Position numbers and translations under genes: made by a program. From IMG/VR virus record IMGVR_UViG_3300028456_000002, positions 1-40,772 of that record: a stretch of 40,772 bases of DNA; one strand, written 5' to 3'. Below are positions 23,058 through 31,322 of this stretch, piece after piece. The notes under the pieces are model-generated. The model saw nothing but the letters and a program-made list of their open reading frames with translations, was not told the origin of the DNA and searched no databases. This DNA comes from a virus. Taxonomy: Duplodnaviria > Heunggongvirae > Uroviricota > Caudoviricetes. Positions within the stretch are counted from its first letter, which is position 1. Every line of letters begins with the position of its first letter.

Positions 23058-23984
23058 TTAACGATTATTTTTTATTTCAATTACAGTCTGATTAAATCTC
23101 TCTTCTTCCAGCTCCACACCTATTGCACGCCTTCCCAGCGATAATGCTGCCTTTATTGTTGACCCCGACCCCATAAAAAAATCAGCAACCAAATCTCCCG
23201 GATGGCTGCTGGTAGTAATTATCTGACGCAACATATCCGCCGGTTTCTCACAGGGATGTTTGCCGGGGTAATACTGCACAGGTTTGTGCGTCCAGACATC
23301 TGTATACGGAACGGCAGCCGATACGGAAAAATAACGCCGCAGAGATTTGTACTCATCCAGCAGACTGGCATATTGCCGGTTCAGTTCACTGTATGTGCTG
23401 ACCAGCTGGTGGTGTGGCTTTTCCAGTTCACCGCGCTGATGTTTTTCTGCTGCAACACGCGCAAACAACGCCTGTAATTTCAGATAATCGCCTTCGTTCG
23501 GCAACTGCCACTGACTGATACCAAACCAGTGCGAAGCCATGTTTTTCTTTCCGGTGGCTTCCGCTATCTGTTTTGACGTTATTCCCAGTGATTCACGCGC
23601 ATCACGAAAGTAAGAAATCAGCGGAGCCATCACGTGCTGCTTAAGCTCGCGCCCCTTTGCCGCATAGCCGTCATTTTTGGGCTGGTATGGCCCCTGATAA
23701 TGTTCTGCAAACAGAATGCGTTCTGTTGCCGGAAAATACGCTCGCAGACTTTCCTTGTTGCACCCGTTCCAGCGCCCGGACGGCTTCGCCCAGATAATGT
23801 GGTTCAGCACATTAAAGCGTTCACGCATCATGATTTCGGTGTCAGATGCCAGGCGATGACCACAGAACAGGTAAAGACTTCCGGCAGGCTTCAGTACCCG
23901 CCAGAATTGCGCCAGACACTGGTCCAGCCATTTCAGGTAATCATCGTCGCCCTTCCACTGGTTATCCCAGCCCTCGGGCTTCAC
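23058..23984 (-). CDS. DNA methyltransferase (N6-adenine/N4-cytosine type); annotated ORF lacks the catalytic N-terminus because of a frameshift
   Basis: 308 aa ORF from a GTG. The same frame is open upstream to 24089 and encodes KYPVVELINADCLEFIQTLPENSVDLIVTDPPYF (DPPY motif). An ATG at 24105 (MINTVK) is in another frame; the A5 run GTAAAAATAT would join them if it were A4. Confidence 0.8.
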   Translation of the reverse strand: MKPEGWDNQWKGDDDYLKWLDQCLAQFWRVLKPAGSLYLFCGHRLASDTEIMMRERFNVLNHIIWAKPSGRWNGCNKESLRAYFPATERILFAEHYQGPYQPKNDGYAAKGRELKQHVMAPLISYFRDARESLGITSKQIAEATGKKNMASHWFGISQWQLPNEGDYLKLQALFARVAAEKHQRGELEKPHHQLVSTYSELNRQYASLLDEYKSLRRYFSVSAAVPYTDVWTHKPVQYYPGKHPCEKPADMLRQIITTSSHPGDLVADFFMGSGSTIKAALSLGRRAIGVELEEERFNQTVIEIKNNR

Positions 23985-24255
23985 TTTAAAGTATGGCGGG
24001 TCTGTGACTATCAGATCGACAGAGTTTTCCGGTAAGGTCTGGATAAATTCCAGGCAATCAGCGTTGATTAACTCAACGACTGGATATTTTTACAGTATTA
24101 ATCATAGATCAATAAGCACTTCTCTGATAGGCTCATTCCGCTTTTGCGCAAAGCAGATGGGCCTGAGGTTTGCTTGTGACCCCAACGCATGAGCAGATGG
24201 CTGGCAGGTGCCGCTAACACCCACCAGCCGCCCATTACCACAAATAAAAAAGCCT

Positions 24256-24456
24256 TCACTGCGGAAGGCGTCTGTAACAACCGAACTGATAATCTGCCAG
24301 ACCCGCCATAACAAGCTGGGTCAGTATTAACTGGCAGCGTTCGCGTGAAAGGTAAGTATTCTGTGCAATCTCCCCGACGGTCGCCGGTTCGGTGACGCTT
24401 AACTCATTAAACACCACTCTGGCGGTTTCGGTCATATCCTGCTGTTTTAGCATGTC
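24256..24456 (-). CDS. Small hypothetical protein, first ORF after the late terminator
   Basis: Start taken at MLKQQDMTETARVVFNELSV... preceded by AAGGA; about 66 aa. Confidence 0.4.
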   Translation of the reverse strand, partial: DMLKQQDMTETARVVFNELSVTEPATVGEIAQNTYLSRERCQLILTQLVMAGLADYQFGCYRRLPQ

Positions 24457-24576
24457 TTTTTTCCTTTTCTGGTTAACGTGACATACCAATAACTCTTGTC
24501 CAAAAAGCCAGCAAGCTGAAAGACCGGCATTCGCAACCACCAGCGCATTTAACGTCCTGTACCGCTTTTCGGGCAC

Positions 24577-24600
24577 AAAAAAACCCGCTTGGCGGCGGGT
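24577..24600 (-). terminator. tR'-like terminator just downstream of Q
   Basis: Minus strand CCCGC-CGCCAA-GCGGG followed by T7. Confidence 0.6.
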
Positions 24601-24653
24601 TTTGCTTACTTTGCCATCGCGTACAAAATCGGCAAAATATCAGATTTGCATGA

Positions 24654-24682
24654 AATATATGCTTTTTAATCTACTTTTGCAA
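24654..24682 (-). promoter_or_regulatory. pR'-like late promoter overlapping the Q stop codon
   Basis: Minus strand TTGCAA, 17 nt spacer, TATATT; a short transcript would end at the terminator at 24577..24600, the lambda pR'-qut-tR' layout. Confidence 0.55.
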
Positions 24683-25361
24683 TACTTTGCTTTGAAAATG
24701 CCGCCTTTTGTTCCGAACGCGTTCTCATTACCAACAATAAAGCCTCACTATCCAGCTGATGGAAAATGTGTTTCATTGCAACCCAGTGACCAGTAAATGT
24801 TTTGGACCAGTTTTTAGTTGTCACTCCCGCCAGTAATGCCAGATCCTGGTATTCATAACCTTCCCCGCCAAAAAGTTCTGCTTTTACTGCCTGCGCCGCC
24901 AGCCAGATTAATTTTTTCAGGCGTTCCCGTGTTTTCTCTGCAATTTTCCTGTTGCCAGAATGAGCCTTAAACTCTTCCCATGCCCAGCGGGTTATGGTGA
25001 CCTGATACTCCCAGCAAATATTTCCGCTGTAACACCACAACAACCAGGTTTTATGAGGTTCTTCAAGAGACAGAACAGCCCGTCGCCATGAGGATGTCGA
25101 AAACTCAACCTGACTTACCAGAGGAATTGACGTCCCCTTCGCCAGCGATTGTTTCCCCGGGATTGGTGGATTATCCCGCGTGATAATTTTTCCAGTCGCT
25201 TCATCGCGGTACCGGATTTTTTTACGCCTGTAACGCCCTGTATCGAACATGGCATTCTCCTGCCAGGCTTCAAGCTGACCTTTTGTTGCCCCACTCAAAT
25301 CGGCGGTGGCGATAATGAGCTGCTCACGAACAAACTGTAAATACTGGTTATTCATGCGCAC
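24666..25361 (-). CDS. Late gene antiterminator Q-like protein
   Basis: 231 aa ORF directly upstream of the pR'/tR'-like elements and downstream of rusA; assignment is positional, family not verified. Confidence 0.6.
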   Translation of the reverse strand: MRMNNQYLQFVREQLIIATADLSGATKGQLEAWQENAMFDTGRYRRKKIRYRDEATGKIITRDNPPIPGKQSLAKGTSIPLVSQVEFSTSSWRRAVLSLEEPHKTWLLWCYSGNICWEYQVTITRWAWEEFKAHSGNRKIAEKTRERLKKLIWLAAQAVKAELFGGEGYEYQDLALLAGVTTKNWSKTFTGHWVAMKHIFHQLDSEALLLVMRTRSEQKAAFSKQSIAKVD

Positions 25362-25717
25362 TCCAGCTCTGTGATTTTTATCCCCAACCGACCACCAGGA
25401 ACGACCTGACCGCGCACAATATTAATTTCATCAAACTGCTCGTCGTCTATGAGCAGCCCCGCATGCGTCAGCGCATCCAGCGGTGCTTTCAGGATATTGT
25501 CCAGATCACGACGGCGCTTATCCGGTGGCTCTGCAATAATCTTTATCGCCAGCCTTCCGGACAGGTTTAATTTCAGCCGCTGCTCGCGAACAATTAGCGC
25601 CACATCACGGCGATAACGCTCACCGACTTTTGATACAAAATATGTGCTGCCACGACGTCGCCAGTAGGTGTTCACCGTTGGCGGGTAAGGCAAAACAAAT
25701 TCTATGCTTTCAGTCAT
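25352..25717 (-). CDS. rusA: Holliday junction resolvase RusA
   Basis: 121 aa, ...LPYPPTVNTYWRR... and ...PDKRRRDLDNILKAPLDALTHAG... match RusA family motifs. Confidence 0.9.
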   Translation of the reverse strand: MTESIEFVLPYPPTVNTYWRRRGSTYFVSKVGERYRRDVALIVREQRLKLNLSGRLAIKIIAEPPDKRRRDLDNILKAPLDALTHAGLLIDDEQFDEINIVRGQVVPGGRLGIKITELECA

Positions 25718-26776
25718 TTATGCTTTCCACTTCAGGACACCTGAATTTCTCGCGTGCATTAAAAAACGAATCAGCAACAACAGCTGGCTGCCGTGTTTTT
25801 CTTCAAAATCTTTTACCCCGGCGTGCAGTTCGTTATGACATTTACGGCACAGCGGAATAACAAACAAATCGTCAGTCTTTGTTCCCATCCCTCCCAGTCC
25901 ATAGCCAATGATGTGATGCGGATCATCTGCCTGATTGCCACAAGTCATGCATTTCTGCGTTTTTACCCAGCGCGTGTATACGGGCATCTCTTCCCGCTGT
26001 GGTTTCTGACGCTGGAGATACTGAGTCGGAGACTCCGGATCAACGGCAATGCTGACCACCGTCTTTTCCTGTGGTGGGTTCTGTTGCTGGTGGACGTGAG
26101 GCGGTAACGCAATATTTTTTGTGCGCTGCTTCAGTATGCTGGTGGCGGTCGGTTCTCCCGGTATGATGTCGCTTTCGCGGTACACTGAGCGGATTTTTTC
26201 CGCACGTAACCCCAGAGAACGACGTAATACTACCTCCGGTAGTGCGTCCGCCACCTGATTGCAGACAGCCCACCAGGATAATTCAGCCAGCGATAATTCC
26301 CGCTCCTGCGCACCGCTTATTGCGTGACGGATGACGTCAATCATCCATGCTGTCAGGTTTTGTTGAGCAAGTTGCTCAAGTGATTCTGAGGTCTGGTCAC
26401 GCAGCTGGTTGTCGCAGTGCCAGCACAACACCATCGCGCCGGTGCCGTAACGATGTATGACGGTTTCGCTGTGGTGATAGTCACCATGAGGCCACTGGCA
26501 GGATTTAACATGACGCAGGAGCCAGTCAGACAGTGCACCAGCGCCGCCGGCAGCACGAATCACCCGTTCGTCGCTGAAAAATGGCAGTAATGATTTATCT
26601 TCCGCCAGCGGCTGGCGAACGGCAGGAACAACTCCGGACGGCAGACCACGCATGCTTTTCGGTTCCGGCTCCACCAGCACTCGAGGGTTATGAAATACCT
26701 GCATGGATTCACGGCCCGGCTTTAGCACCACCAGCCCAAGTTCCGGTACCGGAACAGGTCGAAGCAATACCCGCAC
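25718..26776 (-). CDS. ydfU: YdfU-like protein (DUF968) with C-terminal HNH-like Cys/His cluster
   Basis: 352 aa; C-terminus ...CMTCGNQADDPHHIIGYGLGG...CRKCHNELH; resembles Qin prophage YdfU from memory. Confidence 0.7.
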   Translation of the reverse strand: MRVLLRPVPVPELGLVVLKPGRESMQVFHNPRVLVEPEPKSMRGLPSGVVPAVRQPLAEDKSLLPFFSDERVIRAAGGAGALSDWLLRHVKSCQWPHGDYHHSETVIHRYGTGAMVLCWHCDNQLRDQTSESLEQLAQQNLTAWMIDVIRHAISGAQERELSLAELSWWAVCNQVADALPEVVLRRSLGLRAEKIRSVYRESDIIPGEPTATSILKQRTKNIALPPHVHQQQNPPQEKTVVSIAVDPESPTQYLQRQKPQREEMPVYTRWVKTQKCMTCGNQADDPHHIIGYGLGGMGTKTDDLFVIPLCRKCHNELHAGVKDFEEKHGSQLLLLIRFLMHARNSGVLKWKA

Positions 26777-26777
26777 G

Positions 26778-27056
26778 TTACCTCCAGATGCGTTGCTGGA
26801 ATGTGCGGGACGGACGCGGTGGGCGTTCGGAATAAGGGAGTCTGACGTAGATTATCCAGTGACGATAATCGAGGCTGAGGGCTTTCTTAATCTCGTATCC
26901 GCGTCTGCGGTAGCACTGAATTAACCATTCAGCCTGTTCTTCAGTGCATGGAGGATGCTGGTGCCAGTCGGTTTTAAATGCGCGTGAACCCCGCCCGTGC
27001 CTGCTGGCAAGGTCGGTTGAATCATCAGAATTGTGATGTTGGGTATAGCGTGCCAT
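26778..27056 (-). CDS. Hypothetical protein (Rem-position ORF)
   Basis: 92 aa ORF whose stop abuts the ydfU-like start; no recognised motif. Confidence 0.4.
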   Translation of the reverse strand: MARYTQHHNSDDSTDLASRHGRGSRAFKTDWHQHPPCTEEQAEWLIQCYRRRGYEIKKALSLDYRHWIIYVRLPYSERPPRPSRTFQQRIWR

Positions 27057-27122
27057 CGGTTTTCTCCGGTGGCACGGTGTTACTCAGCAGGAGTTCAATC
27101 CTGTTCTGGATTGTAGATGAGT

Positions 27123-27383
27123 TTATTCTTCTGCAAAAGCAGAAAATCCAGCCTTAAGACCAATCTCTTTCAGAACCTGTAATGATGTTACAAATTCATC
27201 TTCACGCAAAATAAAACCGTCCGTCATAAGCTCATCAACAAAATAAATTAACACAGCTCCGCTCTTCCTTTGTTGAGATTGCAAACATTTAATTCGGCAG
27301 TGACTGGCTATAACTCCATTCTCAACGCGTACAGCATAGAGGCCATTTTCACTAAAAATTTCACAAAATTCTTCTATTTTCAT
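27123..27383 (-). CDS. Hypothetical acidic 86-aa protein in an AT-rich island (cargo candidate)
   Basis: MKIEEFCEIFSENGLYAVRVENGVIASHCRIK...; visibly AT-rich relative to flanks; AAGGA ribosome-binding site; own candidate promoter at 27466..27493. Confidence 0.55.
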   Translation of the reverse strand: MKIEEFCEIFSENGLYAVRVENGVIASHCRIKCLQSQQRKSGAVLIYFVDELMTDGFILREDEFVTSLQVLKEIGLKAGFSAFAEE

Positions 27384-27465
27384 CTTCAGAATCCTTCCAG
27401 ATAAATAGCTCTCCCCTTCTCAGGGTCCATCCCTCTTGTCCCTGCGCGCTACTCAAAACAGGAGG

Positions 27466-27493
27466 ATTCTAATTAATCTTTATTTCTAAGCAA
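27466..27493 (-). promoter_or_regulatory. Candidate sigma70 promoter of the AT-rich 86-aa ORF
   Basis: Minus strand TTGCTT, 16 nt spacer, TAGAAT; T-tracts and the 9-bp repeat array lie immediately upstream. Confidence 0.4.
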
Positions 27494-27530
27494 CGCAAAA
27501 AACAAACCAAAAAAAAGACAAAACCACAAA

Positions 27531-27590
27531 CAATACAAACAATACAAACAATACAAACAATACAAACAATACAAACAATACAAACAATAC
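27531..27590. repeat. Tandem repeat, 9-bp unit CAATACAAA, 6 perfect copies plus a partial seventh
   Basis: Read directly: caatacaaa repeated head-to-tail from 27531 to 27584, then caatacagg; intergenic. Confidence 0.9.
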
Positions 27591-27667
27591 AGGCGCATCG
27601 ATAATTAATTAACTTATCGGGCTACAAGGTAATATAACTTCAGTTAAAATTATTAATCTCTTATTCG

Positions 27668-27693
27668 TGAAAAACAAAACCCGCCGAAGCGGG
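27668..27693 (-). terminator. Rho-independent terminator of the hok transcript
   Basis: Minus strand CCCGC-TTCG-GCGGG followed by TTTTGTTTTT. Confidence 0.6.
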
Positions 27694-27763
27694 TTAAGTG
27701 CGGGTGCTTTGAGGATGCCTGACACATCAGAGGTGGCGAGGGATTTCTCCCTCGCCTGGTCTC

Positions 27764-27919
27764 TTACTCCTCAGATTCGTAAGCTGTGAAGACAGCGACC
27801 TCCGTCTGGCCGGTTCGGATTCGTACCTCGCAGAGGTCTTTCCTCGTTACCAGTGCCGTCACTATGACGGTTAAACAGATGACGATCAGGGCGATTAACA
27901 TCGCCTTTTGCTGCTTCAT
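27764..27919 (-). CDS. hok: Hok/Gef family type I toxin (HokD-like), inside an N-terminally extended mok frame 27764..27976
   Basis: MKQQKAMLIALIVICLTVIVTALVTRKDLCEVRIRTGQTEVAVFTAYESEE, 51 aa, single TM helix, near-identical to chromosomal Hok proteins; the 70-aa in-frame upstream extension corresponds to mok. Confidence 0.85.
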   Translation of the reverse strand: MKQQKAMLIALIVICLTVIVTALVTRKDLCEVRIRTGQTEVAVFTAYESEE

Positions 27920-28199
27920 AGCCTGCTTCTCCTTGCCTTTCGGCATGTAAGAGGCTAACCTACATGTGCAAAGCATGAAATTGGCCTCAGATTAATGTTA
28001 AGCGTCTTGCCGGACGCGTAATGTTAACTGGGGCTTTTCTCTATCTGCCGTTGGTGTTCATGCCTGAGACAGATAGCCTCAAGCACCCGCAGCAATTCTA
28101 CTTAACTATCCTTTTCCCGCAAATCGTTTTTATCCCCAGCGGCAAATCGAATACACCACCAGCGCCACTGCCATCGCGATTCCTACTGTTGTGAATGCC

Positions 28200-28757
28200 T
28201 CAGGCCAGGTCATCGCCTATCAACCCGTTCCGCTCCAGATAGCCCATCGCCTTATCCGGCAATTTACAGTCCGGCTTCACTTTCTTCAGTTGACTGACCA
28301 ATTGCTTAACCAGCATGGTTAATTCGTCAGTCTGTTTGCCTGGTACTGGTGGATTGTCGGTTGTACCATGACTGGCAGTACAGTTGGCACTTCCTCCCTT
28401 CTCCTCCCGCAGCGGTTCAGGCAACGCATCCAGTGAAGCTTTCACAAACCACGCTGCCTGTACTATAACGCCATGAATCCAGCGCAAATCAGCATCGCGA
28501 TCGTTCTTTTTCATCTTTTCACCACTTAAAGCCTGGCTTATGTGGCTGCGAACCAGGTCTTCATGTAACTCCTTCGCATCCTCAATGGTGAAACCACCAG
28601 GCAGGCGAGCCGGAGTTACCGGAGAGTTGCCAGCCTTACGCATGGCCATTTCCACGATTTCAACCATATCTCCTGGTGGAATTTTACAAAGTTGCCCAAT
28701 ACATTTCTGCTGCCTTGCATATTCGAGAATGTGTTCCAGTTTGGTTCGATTAATCAT
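28200..28757 (-). CDS. Hypothetical protein, 185 aa
   Basis: ORF translationally coupled to the upstream gene (shared boundary at 28757); no recognised motif. Confidence 0.5.
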   Translation of the reverse strand: MINRTKLEHILEYARQQKCIGQLCKIPPGDMVEIVEMAMRKAGNSPVTPARLPGGFTIEDAKELHEDLVRSHISQALSGEKMKKNDRDADLRWIHGVIVQAAWFVKASLDALPEPLREEKGGSANCTASHGTTDNPPVPGKQTDELTMLVKQLVSQLKKVKPDCKLPDKAMGYLERNGLIGDDLA

Positions 28758-29122
28758 TATTTATCTCCCTTAAGCATGGCGGCGCGGCAGGCGTTCCAGC
28801 CATCAGCATATGTTTCAGTTACACCGTCGAGATGGCAGGTAAGCAAATCCATTTCATCAGGCACTACCAGCGCTGGCGGGACAGCATAAAGCTCATGCAT
28901 TCCATCAGGCAGCGAGTGACCTACATACTCACCGAACCCGTCAACACACATGCACCCATCCTCAATAATGCATGACGCCACTGGCTCTGCTTCCAGCGAT
29001 GCCAGTGCAATCCGTGCCAGTTCTTCCGCTTCTTCTGCTGGCAGTACAACGTTGCTACCCGGTCCGTATGTTTCGCGCCACTGCTTGATTGTCAGCAGTC
29101 GCTCTTTGGTAATAGTGGTCAT
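28757..29122 (-). CDS. Hypothetical protein, 121 aa
   Basis: ORF with start overlapping the HNH gene stop; Cys-rich central segment (CIIEDGCMCVDGFGEY). Confidence 0.5.
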   Translation of the reverse strand: MTTITKERLLTIKQWRETYGPGSNVVLPAEEAEELARIALASLEAEPVASCIIEDGCMCVDGFGEYVGHSLPDGMHELYAVPPALVVPDEMDLLTCHLDGVTETYADGWNACRAAMLKGDK

Positions 29123-29484
29123 GCCGTAGCCCCTTCTTGATATTTTTCAAACCAGAACACAACCGGGTCAGATTTCATTTCAACCAACCCCATACGAACC
29201 AGCGCTTTGCCTTTCCCGGACGCAAGGAATTCACGACGACCATCACTGATAATTCGCCGATAATCTTCCAGGCTACTGCAATGCTTGTGCAGATTGCATG
29301 GGTGGCATGCCGGAACCATGTTGGATATATCGTCACGTTCCTGGTGAAGCATATTTCCAGCAAAACGAATGACCGGTTTTACATGGTCTACATGCCACTT
29401 TTCGCCAAGTTCGCAACCACAATAAGCACAGCGACCGCCGAACTTCATGCGCAGCTCTGCACGTTGTTTTTTCGTCAGTGCCAT
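29119..29484 (-). CDS. HNH endonuclease
   Basis: Start taken at MALTKKQRAELRMKFGGRCAYCGCEL...WHVDHVKPV...VPACHPCNLHK; classic HNH Cys/His motifs. Track ORF extends to 29574. Confidence 0.8.
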   Translation of the reverse strand: MALTKKQRAELRMKFGGRCAYCGCELGEKWHVDHVKPVIRFAGNMLHQERDDISNMVPACHPCNLHKHCSSLEDYRRIISDGRREFLASGKGKALVRMGLVEMKSDPVVFWFEKYQEGATA

Positions 29485-29485
29485 T

Positions 29486-29725
29486 TCAGTTTTCCTTATA
29501 TGGATTAATTTTATTGTGCAGTGTATTGAACGACGCCCATACCACGTCGTTATACAATTCAATAACTGGCTCAATTATTTTCCCGATTGCCCAGACAAAA
29601 ATTAGCGGGGATATCGGTGTCATCAACACGATAAACAGAATGAGAAACAAAAATTCTGTCGCTCTACTTTTTCGCGGATATTCTTTTCTGAATAATGTAG
29701 GCACATCACTCTCCTTTGTTGCCAA
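29486..29725 (-). CDS. Small membrane protein, 79 aa
   Basis: Hydrophobic segments FLFLILFIVLMTPISPLIFVWAIGKII. Confidence 0.45.
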   Translation of the reverse strand: MATKESDVPTLFRKEYPRKSRATEFLFLILFIVLMTPISPLIFVWAIGKIIEPVIELYNDVVWASFNTLHNKINPYKEN

Positions 29726-30065
29726 TGTTTACAGCCTGGCAAGCCTCTTTGAGCACCCAGTCAACAGCGTCTTTCCATGCTCCGGTTTCAGCTGGCGGAT
29801 TCTCACACTTTACCTGTTCATAGAAGCGCACTGCTTTAATCAATCCTTCTGGTGTCAGTGGCACAGGCGGGGCAGTGAATAACGCCTGAATTTCATAGCT
29901 CGGCCTGTCGTTGCAATCCTCTTTTGTCGGTACATATTTCCAGTCACCAACCCACGGCTCCCCCTGAGAGTCCGTAACGCCTTTTTTCACGTAGCGATAT
30001 CGCCATGCAACTGGTTTTGCCTGCCCTGCCGTTTCATGTCCTTCCTGATAATTAATCTCGCTCAT
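29706..30065 (-). CDS. Hypothetical protein, 119 aa
   Basis: ORF MSEINYQEGHETAGQAKPVAWRYRYVKK...; start overlaps the stop of a small upstream ORF. Confidence 0.5.
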   Translation of the reverse strand: MSEINYQEGHETAGQAKPVAWRYRYVKKGVTDSQGEPWVGDWKYVPTKEDCNDRPSYEIQALFTAPPVPLTPEGLIKAVRFYEQVKCENPPAETGAWKDAVDWVLKEACQAVNIGNKGE

Positions 30066-30238
30066 TCATCGCCCCACTCATCACAATATGCTTCGACCGG
30101 AGTTTTTCCTGCTTCGTAGTCATCACGCCATGCTTCAGCATCAGCGGCACTTCCACCGCGTAACTCTGCATAGTCCATTAACAGTTCATGCCATTCTTCA
30201 AAACTGACGTTGTATTTAGTTGAACCAAAATCAGCCAT
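30062..30238 (-). CDS. Small acidic protein, 58 aa (below the ORF-track length cutoff)
   Basis: My own translation of the minus strand: MADFGSTKYNVSFEEWHELLMDYAELRGGSAADAEAWRDDYEAGKTPVEAYCDEWGDE; stop overlaps the next start (ATGA). Confidence 0.4.
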   Translation of the reverse strand: MADFGSTKYNVSFEEWHELLMDYAELRGGSAADAEAWRDDYEAGKTPVEAYCDEWGDE

Positions 30239-30413
30239 TTTGTTCTTCCTCTTCGTCTTTTATTTCGTGATATGAGTAATTGCAGCGGTTAAAGAAAATT
30301 TCTTTTGCTTCGTCATGAATTTCATCAGGTGTTGCGTCATCGTCCACTTCGAATACATCCTCAAAATCTCCACCAGCTATTCCAGTTTCAATAATTATTT
30401 TGAACTTTCGCAT
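30231..30413 (-). CDS. Small acidic protein, 60 aa
   Basis: ORF MRKFKIIIETGIAGGDFEDVFEVDDD... Confidence 0.4.
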   Translation of the reverse strand: MRKFKIIIETGIAGGDFEDVFEVDDDATPDEIHDEAKEIFFNRCNYSYHEIKDEEEEQNG

Positions 30414-30508
30414 TTCACTACCGCCCTTTCGGGCGGCCTCCTGATGTTCTGAGGGTGCAGGAATCCCTCCGGTTAAGGATTAAATTGTATTTACAGCGCT
30501 AAATTTAT

Positions 30509-30907
30509 TTATTCCGTTCTGGATTTTGTCGCCCTGCGTATCCGCGCTTTCGCGTTACGCTCAATCTGAATTAACTTTTCTATATTTTTCCGCCTTTCCT
30601 GTTCCTCCTGGCGCAATAGCCTTACATCATCTGCCAGTCTGGTTTCTCTTTTCGCCACTGAGAGCATCCAGTCAAACGGCTCCACAACTGCACCGCAGAT
30701 TTTACAGCGGACCTGACGCTCTTTTTCGTCAACCCGGACAGAAGCGTGATGACAGTATGGTCTTTCCGATGGCTCATAAAGAAAATTAACCTGATTACGT
30801 GGGTCATCCTCTTTTACCGGAAATAAAACAATATTACTTAACTCATCTTCTGGATTTATTTCCACGTCACTCTCCTTTGATGCGAATGCCAGCGACGCGT
30901 GGCACAT
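30509..30907 (-). CDS. Hypothetical Cys-rich (zinc-ribbon-like) protein
   Basis: ORF 30509..30946; contains CHH and CKICG motifs and a basic coiled C-terminus; start uncertain because the 5' end overlaps the upstream gene. Confidence 0.45.
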   Translation of the reverse strand: MCHASLAFASKESDVEINPEDELSNIVLFPVKEDDPRNQVNFLYEPSERPYCHHASVRVDEKERQVRCKICGAVVEPFDWMLSVAKRETRLADDVRLLRQEEQERRKNIEKLIQIERNAKARIRRATKSRTE

Positions 30908-31322
30908 TAACTTCCACAATGCGCACAGTTGGTTTGTACATCTCAATTGCTGTCAGCCAGTCAGCGCCAGTCATGCGCTTTTCTGCATCACCATTAGTCC
31001 ACTTAACCGGCACACCAATAGCCTTCATCGCGATTTCTATTTCCCCGGCAATGGCGCTTTTTCCGCAACCAGTAAAACCAGATACAACGACAAGAACTTC
31101 GCCTTTGGCTGGTTTTATTTCCCGTGCTTCCAGCTCTGCAATGCGCTTTTTGGCTGCTTCCCGTTCATCCAGTAGTGCCAGCACAACCTGCGGTGTGACC
31201 TTCATACGAAACGCAAGCAATTTTTGCGGTGTTGCCACGACTTTTATTGCTTCTGCTGCCTCACGCAGTGCCTGATAGTCAATCTTGCTCACTGGTTGCC
31301 TCCTGGCAAAGCTGGGCGACAA
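30867..31322 (-). CDS. Small P-loop protein, 151 aa
   Basis: Contains GFTGCGKS, a Walker A-like motif. Confidence 0.5.
   Translation of the reverse strand: MSPSFARRQPVSKIDYQALREAAEAIKVVATPQKLLAFRMKVTPQVVLALLDEREAAKKRIAELEAREIKPAKGEVLVVVSGFTGCGKSAIAGEIEIAMKAIGVPVKWTNGDAEKRMTGADWLTAIEMYKPTVRIVEVNVPRVAGIRIKGE

Noticed and set aside
27531-27590. Possible CRISPR array
   Set aside because: The unit is only 9 bp and the copies are directly adjacent with no spacers; this is a simple tandem repeat.
30420-30440. Hairpin CCGCCCTTTCGGGCGG as a terminator
   Set aside because: No T-run follows on either strand; more likely an RNA processing or stability element, so not called.
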